Notes under the pieces: model-generated | The model's database searches: none | Seen by the model: only the letters and a program-made list of their open reading frames with translations | What the model was told of the DNA's origin: nothing | In this document: one piece after another, positions 18,583-28,140 of the stretch | Position numbering within the stretch: the stretch's first letter is position 1 | How the letters are laid out: the number at the start of each line of letters is the position of its first letter | DNA from: Sphingomicrobium sp. | GTDB lineage: Bacteria > Pseudomonadota > Alphaproteobacteria > Sphingomonadales > Sphingomonadaceae | DNA: 64,000 nt | Reading direction: 5' to 3' | Assembly (NCBI GenBank): GCA_039918915.1 | Contig: JBDSGQ010000042.1 | Location: 5,086 to 69,085, forward strand | Made by a program: the position numbers and the translations under genes

Positions 18583-19361
18583 GGCTGATCGATAGCCATT
18601 GCCATCTCAACTACGAAGGGCTGGTCGAGCGGCAAAGCGAGATCCTGGACGCGGCACGCCAGCGCGGGGTCACGGGTTTCCTCAACATCTCGACCCGCCA
18701 GAAGGAATGGGACGCGGTGGTCAGCGTTGCTGAGCGCGAGCCCGACGTGTGGGCCAGCATTGGCGTTCATCCGCATGAGGCCGACAGCCATCCGGATCTC
18801 GGCGCCGCGGCCCTGGTGGCCGGCGCCAACCGTCCCCGCGTCATCGCAATCGGCGAGTGCGGCCTCGATTATTATTACGACAAATCCGACCGGGGCGCTC
18901 AGCGCGACCGGTTCGAAGCCCATATCGATGCCGCACGCCAGACGGGGCTGCCGCTGGTGATCCACACTCGCGAGGCCGAGGAGGACACTGCGCGGATGCT
19001 GGATGAGGCTGTTCAGGCCGGCGGCGTGACCGGAGTGCTCCATTGCTTCACCGGATCCGCCGCACTGGCGCGCAAGGGCCTCGACCTCGGTTTCTATGTG
19101 TCCCTGTCGGGGATCGTGACCTTCAAGAACGCGCAGGACCTTCAGGAGATCGCACGCTGGCTTCCTGCGGAGCAGATGCTCGTCGAAACCGACTCGCCGT
19201 TCCTGGCACCGGTCCCGCATCGTGGGCAAAAATGCGAGCCCGCTTTTGTCGCCGATACCGCGGCCTTTGTCGCACAATTGAGGGGAGTGCCCGTCGAAGA
19301 ACTGGCGGACACCACGACCGCCAACTTCTTCCGCTTGTTCGGCAAGGCGCGGGAAGCCTAG
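18579..19361 (+). CDS. tatD: TatD family metal-dependent hydrolase/DNase
   Basis: LIDSHCHLN...IGECGLDYYY...PLVIHTREA...LVETDSPFLAP. ATGA overlap with metG. Confidence 0.9.
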   Translation: MRLIDSHCHLNYEGLVERQSEILDAARQRGVTGFLNISTRQKEWDAVVSVAEREPDVWASIGVHPHEADSHPDLGAAALVAGANRPRVIAIGECGLDYYYDKSDRGAQRDRFEAHIDAARQTGLPLVIHTREAEEDTARMLDEAVQAGGVTGVLHCFTGSAALARKGLDLGFYVSLSGIVTFKNAQDLQEIARWLPAEQMLVETDSPFLAPVPHRGQKCEPAFVADTAAFVAQLRGVPVEELADTTTANFFRLFGKAREA

Positions 19362-20126
19362 TTGGAAGTCCGGATCCTCGGCTGCGGAACGTCGACCGGC
19401 GTTCCCAAGATCGGGAATGACTGGGGACAGTGCGATCCCGCCGAACCGCGCAATGCGCGGCTGAGGACGTCGATACTGGTCAGAAGCGGCGGGCAGCAGC
19501 TCCTGGTCGATTGCGGGCCCGACCTTCGTCAGCAGTTGCTGAGCGCCGGGGTGTCCAAGCTCGACGGAGTCATCGTCACGCATACCCATGGCGATCACTG
19601 CCATGGCATCGACGAACTTCGGCCCGTGGCGCAGGCGATCGGCGGTCCCATCCCGATCTACGCCCGGCCGGACGTGCTGGCCGAACTCGGCGAGCGCTTC
19701 GGTTACGTGTTCAGCCCATCATCCTTTTATCGGCCGATCGGGGAAGCGCGGGCAATCGCGGAAGAAATCGTCGTGGGCAGCGCGCGGGTTCGTTTCGTCG
19801 ATCAGCCGCATGGCGGCCCAATATCGCTTGGCCTGCGCTTCGACGAACAGGAAAAGTCGCTTGGCTACTCGATAGATTTCAGCGAGTTGAGCGACGATAT
19901 GGCGGTCTTGTACGAAGGCGTCGACGTGTGGATTGCCGATTGCCTCACGCGTCGACCGCACCCCACCCATATGAACCTCGACCAGCTATTGGGACTGGCT
20001 CGGGATTTGCGCGTCGGGCAACTGTTCCTGGTGCATATGGGCAATGGCCTCGATTATCGGACCCTGGTCGCGGAACTGCCGGATTGGGCGGCACCGGCCC
20101 ATGACGGGCTCGAGATCGCAATATGA
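19362..20126 (+). CDS. MBL-fold metallo-hydrolase (PhnP-like)
   Basis: ILGCGTSTGVP...VIVTHTHGDHCHGIDELR. TTG start immediately follows the tatD stop. Confidence 0.8.
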   Translation: MEVRILGCGTSTGVPKIGNDWGQCDPAEPRNARLRTSILVRSGGQQLLVDCGPDLRQQLLSAGVSKLDGVIVTHTHGDHCHGIDELRPVAQAIGGPIPIYARPDVLAELGERFGYVFSPSSFYRPIGEARAIAEEIVVGSARVRFVDQPHGGPISLGLRFDEQEKSLGYSIDFSELSDDMAVLYEGVDVWIADCLTRRPHPTHMNLDQLLGLARDLRVGQLFLVHMGNGLDYRTLVAELPDWAAPAHDGLEIAI

Positions 20127-20710
20127 CCAACGACACCATGCTTGGCGGCATTTACCTGCTGATGGCGATGATGCTCGTCGTCGGCGGGCTGATGACCCGG
20201 CGAGAACCGGCCTTGAAGCTGGTGAAAATGCTGCTGGCCTGGGCGATTATCTTCGGCGCCGGCTTCGTGCTGTTCTCATTCCGCGACAATTTCGGCTGGG
20301 TTGCCCAGCGGCTTCGGGCGGAGGCGGTTGGAACGCCGGTCGAGCAAGGGCGCGAAACGCGCATCCCAATGGCGATCGACGGCCACTTCTGGGTCAGTGG
20401 CAAACTCAACGGCAGGCCCGTGAAGTTTTTGATCGATAGCGGAGCGACCGTGACCACGATTGACCGTGAGGAGGCGCTGGCCGCCGGCGTAGAGGTCTCA
20501 GCGCAACGCGATCAGATGGTGCGTACCGGCAATGGCATGATCCGCGTCTCGAGCGGCCGCGCTGCCGTGCTCCAGGTCGGGGGCATCACGCGGCGCGATG
20601 TCGGATTGCAGATCGCCGACAGCGACGACCTCAACGTGCTTGGCATGAATTTCCTGTCGTCGTTGAGCCGGTGGGGAGTGGAAGGCCGCTGGCTGGTTCT
20701 GACCTCCTGA
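20123..20710 (+). CDS. Membrane-anchored retropepsin-like (clan AA) aspartic protease, TIGR02281-like
   Basis: Two N-terminal TM helices, then FLIDSGATVTTI (DSGA active-site motif) and LNVLGMNFLS. ATGA overlap with the MBL hydrolase gene. Confidence 0.8.
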   Translation: MTNDTMLGGIYLLMAMMLVVGGLMTRREPALKLVKMLLAWAIIFGAGFVLFSFRDNFGWVAQRLRAEAVGTPVEQGRETRIPMAIDGHFWVSGKLNGRPVKFLIDSGATVTTIDREEALAAGVEVSAQRDQMVRTGNGMIRVSSGRAAVLQVGGITRRDVGLQIADSDDLNVLGMNFLSSLSRWGVEGRWLVLTS

Positions 20711-20776
20711 TCATGCGTGGACTTTACATAATGCATATTATCATACTTACCGGAAAGCGCACCGAAGAGGCCGATC

Positions 20777-21544
20777 GTGCCGGTTAAGCTCCCCTCCGCC
20801 GCCCCGAACTCGCTGGAACGGTTGGTTGCGATCATGCGGCGGCTCCGCGATCCGGTGACGGGCTGTGAATGGGATCGCGAGCAAAGCTTCGCGACAATTG
20901 CGCCCTACACGATCGAGGAAGCGTATGAGGTCGCCGATGCGATCGCGCGAAACGACCTTGACGCCCTCGCCGACGAGCTCGGCGATTTGCAGCTTCAGGT
21001 CGTATTTCATGCGCGGATGGCGGAAGAAAGCGGCCACTTCACGTTGGAAGATGTCATCCGCGGCATTTGCGACAAGCTTGAGCGCCGCCATCCCCATATT
21101 TTCGGCGATTCTGAGAGCAGCCCCGGATGGGAAGAAATCAAGGCTTCCGAACGCAAAAACGCCAATAATCACAGCGCTTTATCTGGCGTTGCACTCGCGC
21201 TGCCGGCGCTGGAACGCGCAGCCAAACTGCAACGACGGGCGGCGCGCGTCGGGTTCGACTGGCCCGACGTCACTGGACCACGCGCCAAGGTCGATGAGGA
21301 ACTGGCCGAACTCGATGCCGAGCATGAGCCCGAACGGATCCAGGAAGAACTCGGCGACCTGCTATTCGCGATCGTCAACTTGGCACGGCATCTGAAGATT
21401 GAACCGGAAACCGCCTTGAGAGCGGCAAACGCCAAGTTCGAACGCCGCTTTCATGTGATGGAGACGCTGGCCGACGGCACCTTTCCCGACCTCGACCCCA
21501 ATGCGCAGGAGGGCTTGTGGGAGCAAGCGAAGAAGAAGATCTAG
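20777..21544 (+). CDS. mazG: Nucleoside triphosphate pyrophosphohydrolase MazG
   Basis: LVAIMRRLRDPVTGCEWDREQSFATIAPYTIEEAYEVADAI plus a second MazG repeat EELGDLLFAIVNLARH. Confidence 0.9.
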   Translation: MPVKLPSAAPNSLERLVAIMRRLRDPVTGCEWDREQSFATIAPYTIEEAYEVADAIARNDLDALADELGDLQLQVVFHARMAEESGHFTLEDVIRGICDKLERRHPHIFGDSESSPGWEEIKASERKNANNHSALSGVALALPALERAAKLQRRAARVGFDWPDVTGPRAKVDEELAELDAEHEPERIQEELGDLLFAIVNLARHLKIEPETALRAANAKFERRFHVMETLADGTFPDLDPNAQEGLWEQAKKKI

Positions 21545-21554
21545 CCTGTTCGTT

Positions 21555-22862
21555 TCACGCGGTTTCCATCGCTTGAAACCGCGCCCAATTGTCGGGCGAC
21601 AGGCGTACGGAAAGCTGCACCGCGTCGTCGTCGAGGCTTTGTTTGAGCACTTCCCCGCGTGAATGCAGCCACGCGATCTTGCTGCCGTCGCCGGCCTGAA
21701 GCCGTATTTCATGGACCTGCTCCCCGCTCCGCAGGCCTTCCGCCATCCGTTCGCGAAGCGCTTCGAGACCTTCGCCGGTGAACGCCGAGACGGGAACGAC
21801 GTCGTCACGCCGTGCTGCCGCCTCGAACAGCCGGGCCCGCTCCTCGGCCGACACCAGATCGATCTTGTTCCATGCTTCGATCCGCGGCGGAGCCCCCTCC
21901 TCGGCCAGACCCAGCGAGGCCAGCACGTCGTCGACGTCCTCTGCCTGCGCCTCACAATCGGGATGCGCCATGTTGCGGACGTGGATCAGCAGATCGGCCG
22001 ACGAAACCTCCTCCAGCGTTGCCCGGAAGGCAGCGATCAGTTCGGTTGGCAGATCGGAAACGAAGCCCACGGTGTCCGACAGGATCGCCTTATCGAAGCC
22101 GGGCAGGCGAATGTCGCGCATGGTCGGATCAAGCGTCGCGAACAGCAGGTTTTCCGCAAACACCCGCTCGCCGGTCAGACGGTTGAACAGCGTTGATTTC
22201 CCGGCGTTGGTGTAGCCGACCAGCGCCACCACCGGCCATGGTGCCCGCTGGCGGCGATCGCGATGCAAGGCGCGAGTCCGCTTGACCTGGTCCAGCTCTC
22301 GCCGGATTCGCGCCATCCGGTCGCGGATCATGCGCCGGTCCGCCTCGATCTGGGTTTCGCCCGGACCCCCGAGGAAGCCGAAGCCGCCACGCTGCCGTTC
22401 GAGGTGGGTCCAGCTGCGGACAAGGCGCCCCGCCTGATAGTCGAGGTGGGCAAGTTCGACCTGCATCCGGCCTTCGGCGGTGGCGGCGCGCTCGCCAAAT
22501 ATTTCGAGAATTAGGCCGGTACGGTCGATCACCTTAACTCGGGCTTCCTCTTCGAGGTTCTTCTGCTGGATTGGAGTCAGCGGCGAATCCACGATGAGCA
22601 GCCGCGCTTCGTGCTCCTTCGCCAGCGCGGCCACTTCTTCGACCTGGCCCTTGCCGAGCAGGGTCGCCGGACGCACCGTTCGAATCCGGTAGGACCGTGA
22701 TGAGACGACGGCGATGCCGATCGCTTCGGCCAGCCCCTTAGCTTCCTCGATGCGCGCTTCGGCGGAGCGGCGCGCGGATTCGCGCGGCAATTCGGGCACG
22801 ACGATTAGCGCGCGCTCGCCACGCGCGACCTCGATTGCCCCGTTACCGTCGAAATTGTTCAC
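21555..22862 (-). CDS. hflX: GTPase HflX
   Basis: ...[16 protein letters not shown]...[16 protein letters not shown]...DTVGF... GTGA overlap with the hfq stop. Confidence 0.95.
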   Translation of the reverse strand: MNNFDGNGAIEVARGERALIVVPELPRESARRSAEARIEEAKGLAEAIGIAVVSSRSYRIRTVRPATLLGKGQVEEVAALAKEHEARLLIVDSPLTPIQQKNLEEEARVKVIDRTGLILEIFGERAATAEGRMQVELAHLDYQAGRLVRSWTHLERQRGGFGFLGGPGETQIEADRRMIRDRMARIRRELDQVKRTRALHRDRRQRAPWPVVALVGYTNAGKSTLFNRLTGERVFAENLLFATLDPTMRDIRLPGFDKAILSDTVGFVSDLPTELIAAFRATLEEVSSADLLIHVRNMAHPDCEAQAEDVDDVLASLGLAEEGAPPRIEAWNKIDLVSAEERARLFEAAARRDDVVPVSAFTGEGLEALRERMAEGLRSGEQVHEIRLQAGDGSKIAWLHSRGEVLKQSLDDDAVQLSVRLSPDNWARFQAMETA

Positions 22863-23359
22863 GCTTGACCCTCGTCCTGTTCCGCCGTGCCGACCTCGCC
22901 TCGGTCAAGGTCCAGTGCATGCGCCGGCTGCAAGGTCGACAGCGAATGTTTGTACACCAGCTGGATGTTTCCGGCGCGTTCAAGCACCAGTGCGAACTGA
23001 TCGAAGCCAGTGACCGTCCCCTGCAGCATCACGCCATTGACCAGGAACATGGTCATCGCCGGGGCGTCACGCGTGGCGGCGGCAAGAAACAGGTCCTGCA
23101 ATGCCGCCTTGGGTCCTTCGACCACTGGCGAGGTGGCTACGAATTCCGGCGGCACGCTGCTTGGCATGATGGTCGCTATCGAATGCTTATAGACCAGCTG
23201 GGGGACGCCATCCCCGCGCAACAGCAGCGAAAAATTATCGAACCAAGTAATTACGCCCTGCAGCTTGACGCCCTTCACCAGGAAGATGGTTGCCGGAAGC
23301 CGGGACCGGCGAAGGCTGTTCAGGAAGTGATCCTGCAAGCTGAGAGATCGTCCGGCCAT
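22859..23359 (-). CDS. hfq: RNA chaperone Hfq with two tandem Hfq/Sm domains (166 aa)
   Basis: From ATG 23359. Domain 1 is [59 protein letters not shown]. Domain 2 is [59 protein letters not shown]. The longer ORF-track version (to 23599) overlaps ntrX and was rejected. Confidence 0.9.
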   Translation of the reverse strand: MAGRSLSLQDHFLNSLRRSRLPATIFLVKGVKLQGVITWFDNFSLLLRGDGVPQLVYKHSIATIMPSSVPPEFVATSPVVEGPKAALQDLFLAAATRDAPAMTMFLVNGVMLQGTVTGFDQFALVLERAGNIQLVYKHSLSTLQPAHALDLDRGEVGTAEQDEGQA

Positions 23360-23384
23360 CACGCTTCTCCCAATCGGGCGGCCT

Positions 23385-24773
23385 TCATTCTTCTCCTTCG
23401 CGCTTGTCCCCGATGCCGAGGGCCTTGAGCTTGCGGTGAAGTGCCGACCGTTCCATGCCAATGAACGTTGCGGTGCGGGAGATGTTGCCGGAAAAGCGGC
23501 GGATCTGGATGCGCAGATATTCGCGTTCAAAGGATTCGCGGGCTTCGCGCAATGGGCTGCCCATGATCGCAATCGCACCGCCCCCGGGTCCCGGGCCAAT
23601 CGCGCTTTGATTGTCCAGGATTTCTGCCGGCAGCAGGTCGACGTCGATGTGGGATACGCGGTCGCCCGGAGCGAGGATTAAAGTCCGTTCGATGATATTG
23701 CGCAGCTGGCGGACATTGCCTGGCCATTCGTGCGCTTGCAGGGCCGCCATTGCTTCCTCGGAGATCGTCGGCGGGGACAAGCGCCGCTCGGCCGAAAAGC
23801 GCGCCAGGAAGTGGCTGACGAGTTCGGGAATGTCCTCGCGCCGCTCGCGCAGCGCCGGAACGCGCACGGGGACGACGTTGAGTCGGTAGTAAAGGTCTTC
23901 GCGGAAGCGGCCGGCGGCTATTTCGTCCTGCAGGTTGCGCGATGTCGCCGACAGCACGCGGACATCGACCCGGATTGGCCGATGCCCTCCCACCCGGTGA
24001 TAGCTCTGGTCGGTCAAAACGCGCAGAATCTTGGCCTGGGTCGTCGCCGGCATGTCAGCGATTTCATCCAGGAATAATGTCCCGCCGTGGGCATGCTCCA
24101 TCAGGCCGGGACGCATTTCGCCTTCGGACTCGCTGCCGAACAATTCTTCTTCAACGCGCTCGGGGCTCATCATCGCGGCTGACAGGACGATGAAGGGCGC
24201 CCGCGCCCGCGGGCTCCACTGGTGGATCATGCGCGCGGCAATTTCCTTGCCGCCGCCCGCCGGTCCGGAAATCAATACCCGGCTGCCGGTCGGAGCAACG
24301 CGCTTAAGCGTCGCACGGACGGTGTTGATTGCAATCGAACTGCCATGCAGCTGGTCTTCCTGGCCGACCTGCTGGCGAAGCGTCTCGTTTTCGCGCCGCA
24401 GCCGCTCGGTGTCGGTGGCCCGATCGACAAGGTAGATCAGGCGGCTTGCTTCGAACGGCTTTTCGATGAAGTCGATGGCCCCTTCCCGCACTGCCGCAAC
24501 GGCGGTGTCGAGGTTGCCATGGCCGGAAATCATCAGCACCGGGATCGTCGAATCGCGGCGCTTGATCTCCTTCAGCAACTCCAGCCCGTCGAGGCGGGAC
24601 CCTCGCAGCCAGACGTCGAGCAAGACCATCGACGGCCGCCGCTCCTCGACGGCTTCGAGCGCGGAGGTGCTGTCTCCAGCGGTGCGCACTTCGTAGCCTT
24701 CGTCCTGCAGCACCCCGCTGACGAGATCGCGGATGTCGGCTTCATCGTCGACTACGAGCACTTCGAGAGCCAT
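23385..24773 (-). CDS. ntrX: NtrC-family response regulator NtrX (REC + AAA+ + HTH)
   Basis: [13 protein letters not shown]...MVLLDVWL (REC domain), GPAGGGKE Walker A and GTLFLDEI. The [19 protein letters not shown] segment lacks a canonical GAFTGA loop. The ATG overlaps the ntrY stop (TGATG). Confidence 0.9.
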   Translation of the reverse strand: MALEVLVVDDEADIRDLVSGVLQDEGYEVRTAGDSTSALEAVEERRPSMVLLDVWLRGSRLDGLELLKEIKRRDSTIPVLMISGHGNLDTAVAAVREGAIDFIEKPFEASRLIYLVDRATDTERLRRENETLRQQVGQEDQLHGSSIAINTVRATLKRVAPTGSRVLISGPAGGGKEIAARMIHQWSPRARAPFIVLSAAMMSPERVEEELFGSESEGEMRPGLMEHAHGGTLFLDEIADMPATTQAKILRVLTDQSYHRVGGHRPIRVDVRVLSATSRNLQDEIAAGRFREDLYYRLNVVPVRVPALRERREDIPELVSHFLARFSAERRLSPPTISEEAMAALQAHEWPGNVRQLRNIIERTLILAPGDRVSHIDVDLLPAEILDNQSAIGPGPGGGAIAIMGSPLREARESFEREYLRIQIRRFSGNISRTATFIGMERSALHRKLKALGIGDKREGEE

Positions 24774-27031
24774 CAAATATCCTCATTGCCAGATTGGTTG
24801 TCGTCGTCCGGGTCGTGATCGTCGCCGAGCGTTGCAAGCTTGTCGGTGTCGAAGCTGATGCGGACGTGAGTGCCGCCGCCGGCACGGTCGAGAAAGGCGA
24901 TTTCGCCCATATGTTCCTCGACAATTTTCTTGACGATCGCCAGGCCCAGGCCAGTGCCGCGAACGCGCGTCGTCATATACGGCTCGGTCAACCGCTCGCG
25001 GTCTTCAGGAAGGCCCGTGCCGGTGTCCAGCACGTCCATCACAAGGCCATGGCCCTCGCTGTGCAGGCGCAGCTCAATGCGGTCACCAGCAAGACTATGC
25101 TCGCCCCGACTTCGCCTTGCTTCAATGGCTTCGATACCGTTCTTCACAACATTTGTTAGGGCCTGGGCAAGCTGGCGGCGATCGCAGACCATGCGGAATT
25201 CGCCATGCGGCGGATCGAGCACGAAGCTTACCGCCGGATGCGCGACTTCGTGCAGGAACAGCGCCTGACGCGCGATTTCGTGCAAATTCTCGTCGCGGAA
25301 AACGGGCTTGGGCATGCGCGCGAAATTGGAAAATTCATCGACCATCCGGCGCAGGTCCCCAACCTGCCGGACGATCGTTTCGGTCAGCTGGCCAAAGGTT
25401 TCCTGGTCGGACGTGATTTCCTTCGCAAACCGCCGTTGCAGGCGTTCGGCGGCAAGCTGGATCGGTGTCAGCGGGTTCTTGATTTCATGGGCGATCCGCC
25501 GCGCAATGTCCGACCAGGCAGCACGCCGCTGATCGGTCAGCTGGTCGGTGATGTCATCGAACGTCAGCACCGAGCCGTCCTGGTAGCGAACGCGCTTCAC
25601 GGCGAGGGTCCGTTGCCCCGAATCCGCGGTAATGAGGACGTTGGCTTCAGACTGCTCGCCGCGCATGAATTCGCCCAATTCGGCCGACACCAGAGCAAGA
25701 TCCTGATGCTCGCCCGCTTCTTCGCCTGGGTGGAGAAGCGCTTCCGCCGACCGGTTGAGAAGCAGAATGTTGAGCTTCGTATCGACGGCAACGACGCCTG
25801 CTGTGACGCTCGACAGCACTGCTTCCATGAAGGCCCGCCGGGTCTCCAGCTGAGTGTTGGCGGAGCGCAATGCGTTGGTCTGTTCCTCGAGCCGGCCGGT
25901 CATTCGGTTGAACGCCGTGGCCAGCGTCTGGACCTCATCCTCCTCGCCCTGCTCGCGGACCGGGACTCGGGCGGAGAAATCGCCGGCTTCGATCCGCCCT
26001 GCAGCGGAAACCAGTTCGCCGACTGGCCTCACCATGCGATCGGCGAGCCGCAAAGCGGTCATGATCGCCATTGCGACGATGACCAGCGCGCCAAGCAACA
26101 GCGCCGCGTTGAACTTCAGCTGGTTGGCGCGCGATTTGGCGAGCAGCGCCTGATAATCGCGGAAAACGTCATTGGCCTGCTCGATCTGCCGCCGGAATTG
26201 CGGATCGAACACCCGCGAGGCGTACAGGTAGGTGTTGGGGCCATAATCGATCTGAGTCACGGCCCCCACGCGATCGGGAGAATCGACGGGAACGTCGGCA
26301 TGGTCTCGAAGCTGCTTGATCTTGTCGGGCGTAATCACCTTTTCCAATGGCCGGTTGTACGGATTGACCAGGGCAAGCGCGCGAATCTGCCCGTCCTGAC
26401 CATAAGTGAAGATGATCGCTTCGGATAAATTGCGGATCAGTACCTGGCGGGGGAACAGGTCAGCAAAGCGCGGATCCTCAATCGCAATCTGCTTCAGATA
26501 TCCGGCGAGATCGCCGCTCATCGTGACCGTTTCACTGGCCACACGCTCAGCTTCGCGGTCGTAACCGGCCTGCGCCACCTGGACCGTATTCTCGAGCATG
26601 TTGCGGGCGCGGTTCGAGAACCAGAATTCGAGGCCGCTCTGGAACAGAACCGACGCGAAGATCGCGACCAGGACAGTCGGTACTGCGGCAATTGCAGTGA
26701 ACAGCACCACCAGGCGCACGTGCAGCCGGCCGCTGCCCAGGCCACCCCGCTCCGCCCGCCCGACCGCGACCTTGCGCGCGTAGAGCGCCATCAGGGCGAT
26801 CGCCGGCAGGAGGATGGCGATCAGCAGCAGCGCGATCATCGGCGGCGAGAGCAAAGTGCCGGGCTGGGCGCCGCGGCCGAGCAACACCACGCTCAACGCG
26901 ATCATGCCGATCAGCACCAGTCCAAGGGCCAGCGACGCCCGGTCGTAAAACCGTCCGCTCGCCCGCTCCCGCTGGAGCCAGCTGTCCCGTCGCAAGTCTG
27001 GTGCCGGCGATCCGGCCGTCCGCGCGTCCAT
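24773..27031 (-). CDS. ntrY: Sensor histidine kinase NtrY
   Basis: TM helices, HAMP, PAS, H-box AHEIKNPLTPIQL, N-box NVVKNGIEA and G-boxes DTGTGL / GTGLGLAIV. The start is uncertain (ATG 27031 or nearby GTGs); the ORF-track start 27220 would overlap dusB. Confidence 0.85.
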   Translation of the reverse strand: MDARTAGSPAPDLRRDSWLQRERASGRFYDRASLALGLVLIGMIALSVVLLGRGAQPGTLLSPPMIALLLIAILLPAIALMALYARKVAVGRAERGGLGSGRLHVRLVVLFTAIAAVPTVLVAIFASVLFQSGLEFWFSNRARNMLENTVQVAQAGYDREAERVASETVTMSGDLAGYLKQIAIEDPRFADLFPRQVLIRNLSEAIIFTYGQDGQIRALALVNPYNRPLEKVITPDKIKQLRDHADVPVDSPDRVGAVTQIDYGPNTYLYASRVFDPQFRRQIEQANDVFRDYQALLAKSRANQLKFNAALLLGALVIVAMAIMTALRLADRMVRPVGELVSAAGRIEAGDFSARVPVREQGEEDEVQTLATAFNRMTGRLEEQTNALRSANTQLETRRAFMEAVLSSVTAGVVAVDTKLNILLLNRSAEALLHPGEEAGEHQDLALVSAELGEFMRGEQSEANVLITADSGQRTLAVKRVRYQDGSVLTFDDITDQLTDQRRAAWSDIARRIAHEIKNPLTPIQLAAERLQRRFAKEITSDQETFGQLTETIVRQVGDLRRMVDEFSNFARMPKPVFRDENLHEIARQALFLHEVAHPAVSFVLDPPHGEFRMVCDRRQLAQALTNVVKNGIEAIEARRSRGEHSLAGDRIELRLHSEGHGLVMDVLDTGTGLPEDRERLTEPYMTTRVRGTGLGLAIVKKIVEEHMGEIAFLDRAGGGTHVRISFDTDKLATLGDDHDPDDDNQSGNEDI

Positions 27032-27090
27032 TCGTCCGTGCACTAGCACGGGCGTTGCATCAAAAACACACTTCTGTGCAGCTGTTTCTT

Positions 27091-28089
27091 TTAGGCCGCG
27101 GAGCGCGCCAGCCACGGCGAGTAGAATCGCTGAAGCATTGCGACCACAGTTGCCGGATCGTCCTGCTGGTTGACGGTGTTGCGGAGCTCGGCCGACCCCG
27201 GGAGGCCCTTGGTGTACCAACCGATATGCTTGCGCGCGAGGTTAACCCCGGTCTGCGTGCCATACAGCGCGATCATCTCGTCATATTGCGCAAGCATCGT
27301 CGCCAGCTGTTCGTCGAGGCTTGGATCCGGCCGCGGGCCGGTTCCCGCCAGATCGGCCATCACCTGGCCGATCAGCCACGGGCGGCCATAGGCGCCGCGA
27401 CCGATCATCACGCCATCGGCGCCCGACTGGCGCAGCGCTTCCCTGGAATCCTCGACCGAGCAGATGTCACCGTTGACGATCACTGGCAGGGTCACGGCAT
27501 CCTTGACCTTGCGAACGAAGCTCCAGTCCGCCTCGCCCTTGTACATCTGGCAGCGGGTGCGGCCGTGCACCGTGATCATCTGGACGCCGAGATCCTGGGC
27601 AATCCGGGCCAGCTCCGGCGCATTGAGGCTCGAATGGTCCCACCCCATGCGCATTTTCAACGTCACCGGCAGTTTGACGGCCTTGACCGTGGCCGCGATC
27701 AGCCGAGCAGCGAGCGGGAGGTCGCGCATCAGTGCCGAACCCGCCTCGCCATTGACGACCTTTTTTACCGGGCAGCCCATGTTGATGTCGATGATCGCCG
27801 CGCCGCGCTGCTCGTTAAGCCGCGCTGCCTCCGCCATCACCTGCGGTTCGCAGCCCGCCAGCTGAAGCGACACGGGGGTTTCGCTCGGGTCCCACAGGCT
27901 TTTCTGAAGCGACTGCCGAGTTTCGCGAATCATCGCCTGGCTGGCAATCATCTCGCTGACGGTAAGCCCGGCCCCGAACCGCTTGACGACCCGCCGGAAC
28001 GGAAGATCGGTGACTCCCGTCATCGGCGCCAGGATGACCGGCGCGTTGATCCGGAGCGGTCCGACGTGGATGGGCTTCAACGCGTTCAT
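27091..28089 (-). CDS. dusB: tRNA dihydrouridine synthase DusB
   Basis: From ATG 28089: MNALKPIHVGPLRINAPVILAPMTGVTDLPFR...IDINMGCPVKKV... Confidence 0.9.
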   Translation of the reverse strand: MNALKPIHVGPLRINAPVILAPMTGVTDLPFRRVVKRFGAGLTVSEMIASQAMIRETRQSLQKSLWDPSETPVSLQLAGCEPQVMAEAARLNEQRGAAIIDINMGCPVKKVVNGEAGSALMRDLPLAARLIAATVKAVKLPVTLKMRMGWDHSSLNAPELARIAQDLGVQMITVHGRTRCQMYKGEADWSFVRKVKDAVTLPVIVNGDICSVEDSREALRQSGADGVMIGRGAYGRPWLIGQVMADLAGTGPRPDPSLDEQLATMLAQYDEMIALYGTQTGVNLARKHIGWYTKGLPGSAELRNTVNQQDDPATVVAMLQRFYSPWLARSAA

Positions 28090-28140
28090 GGAAGGCCGCG
28101 CCTTTACAGGAGGGGCGATTGAGGGGCAAGGCGCCCGGCC

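Noticed and set aside
20711-20776. AT-rich spacer (TTACATAATGCATATTATCATACTTA) as a possible regulatory element or insertion scar
   Set aside because: It holds only short imperfect palindromes (ATGCAT core). It is most simply the mazG promoter region, and I recognise no repeat or motif in it.
20777-21544. MazG as part of a mazEF toxin-antitoxin locus
   Set aside because: No mazE or mazF-like ORFs flank it. It sits between the retropepsin-like gene and the convergent hflX, like a stand-alone housekeeping NTP pyrophosphohydrolase.
22859-23599. 246-aa version of the hfq ORF, and analogous long N-terminal extensions (27091..28326 dusB, 24773..27220 ntrY, 29001..29783 cinA, 48179..49771 nnr, 50384..52228 TPR, 42965..44107 dehydratase, 43917..45329 ODC)
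   Set aside because: The extensions overlap the neighbouring upstream gene or are Arg/Pro-rich and non-homologous. Internal starts fit family N-termini, SD sequences or stop-start coupling.
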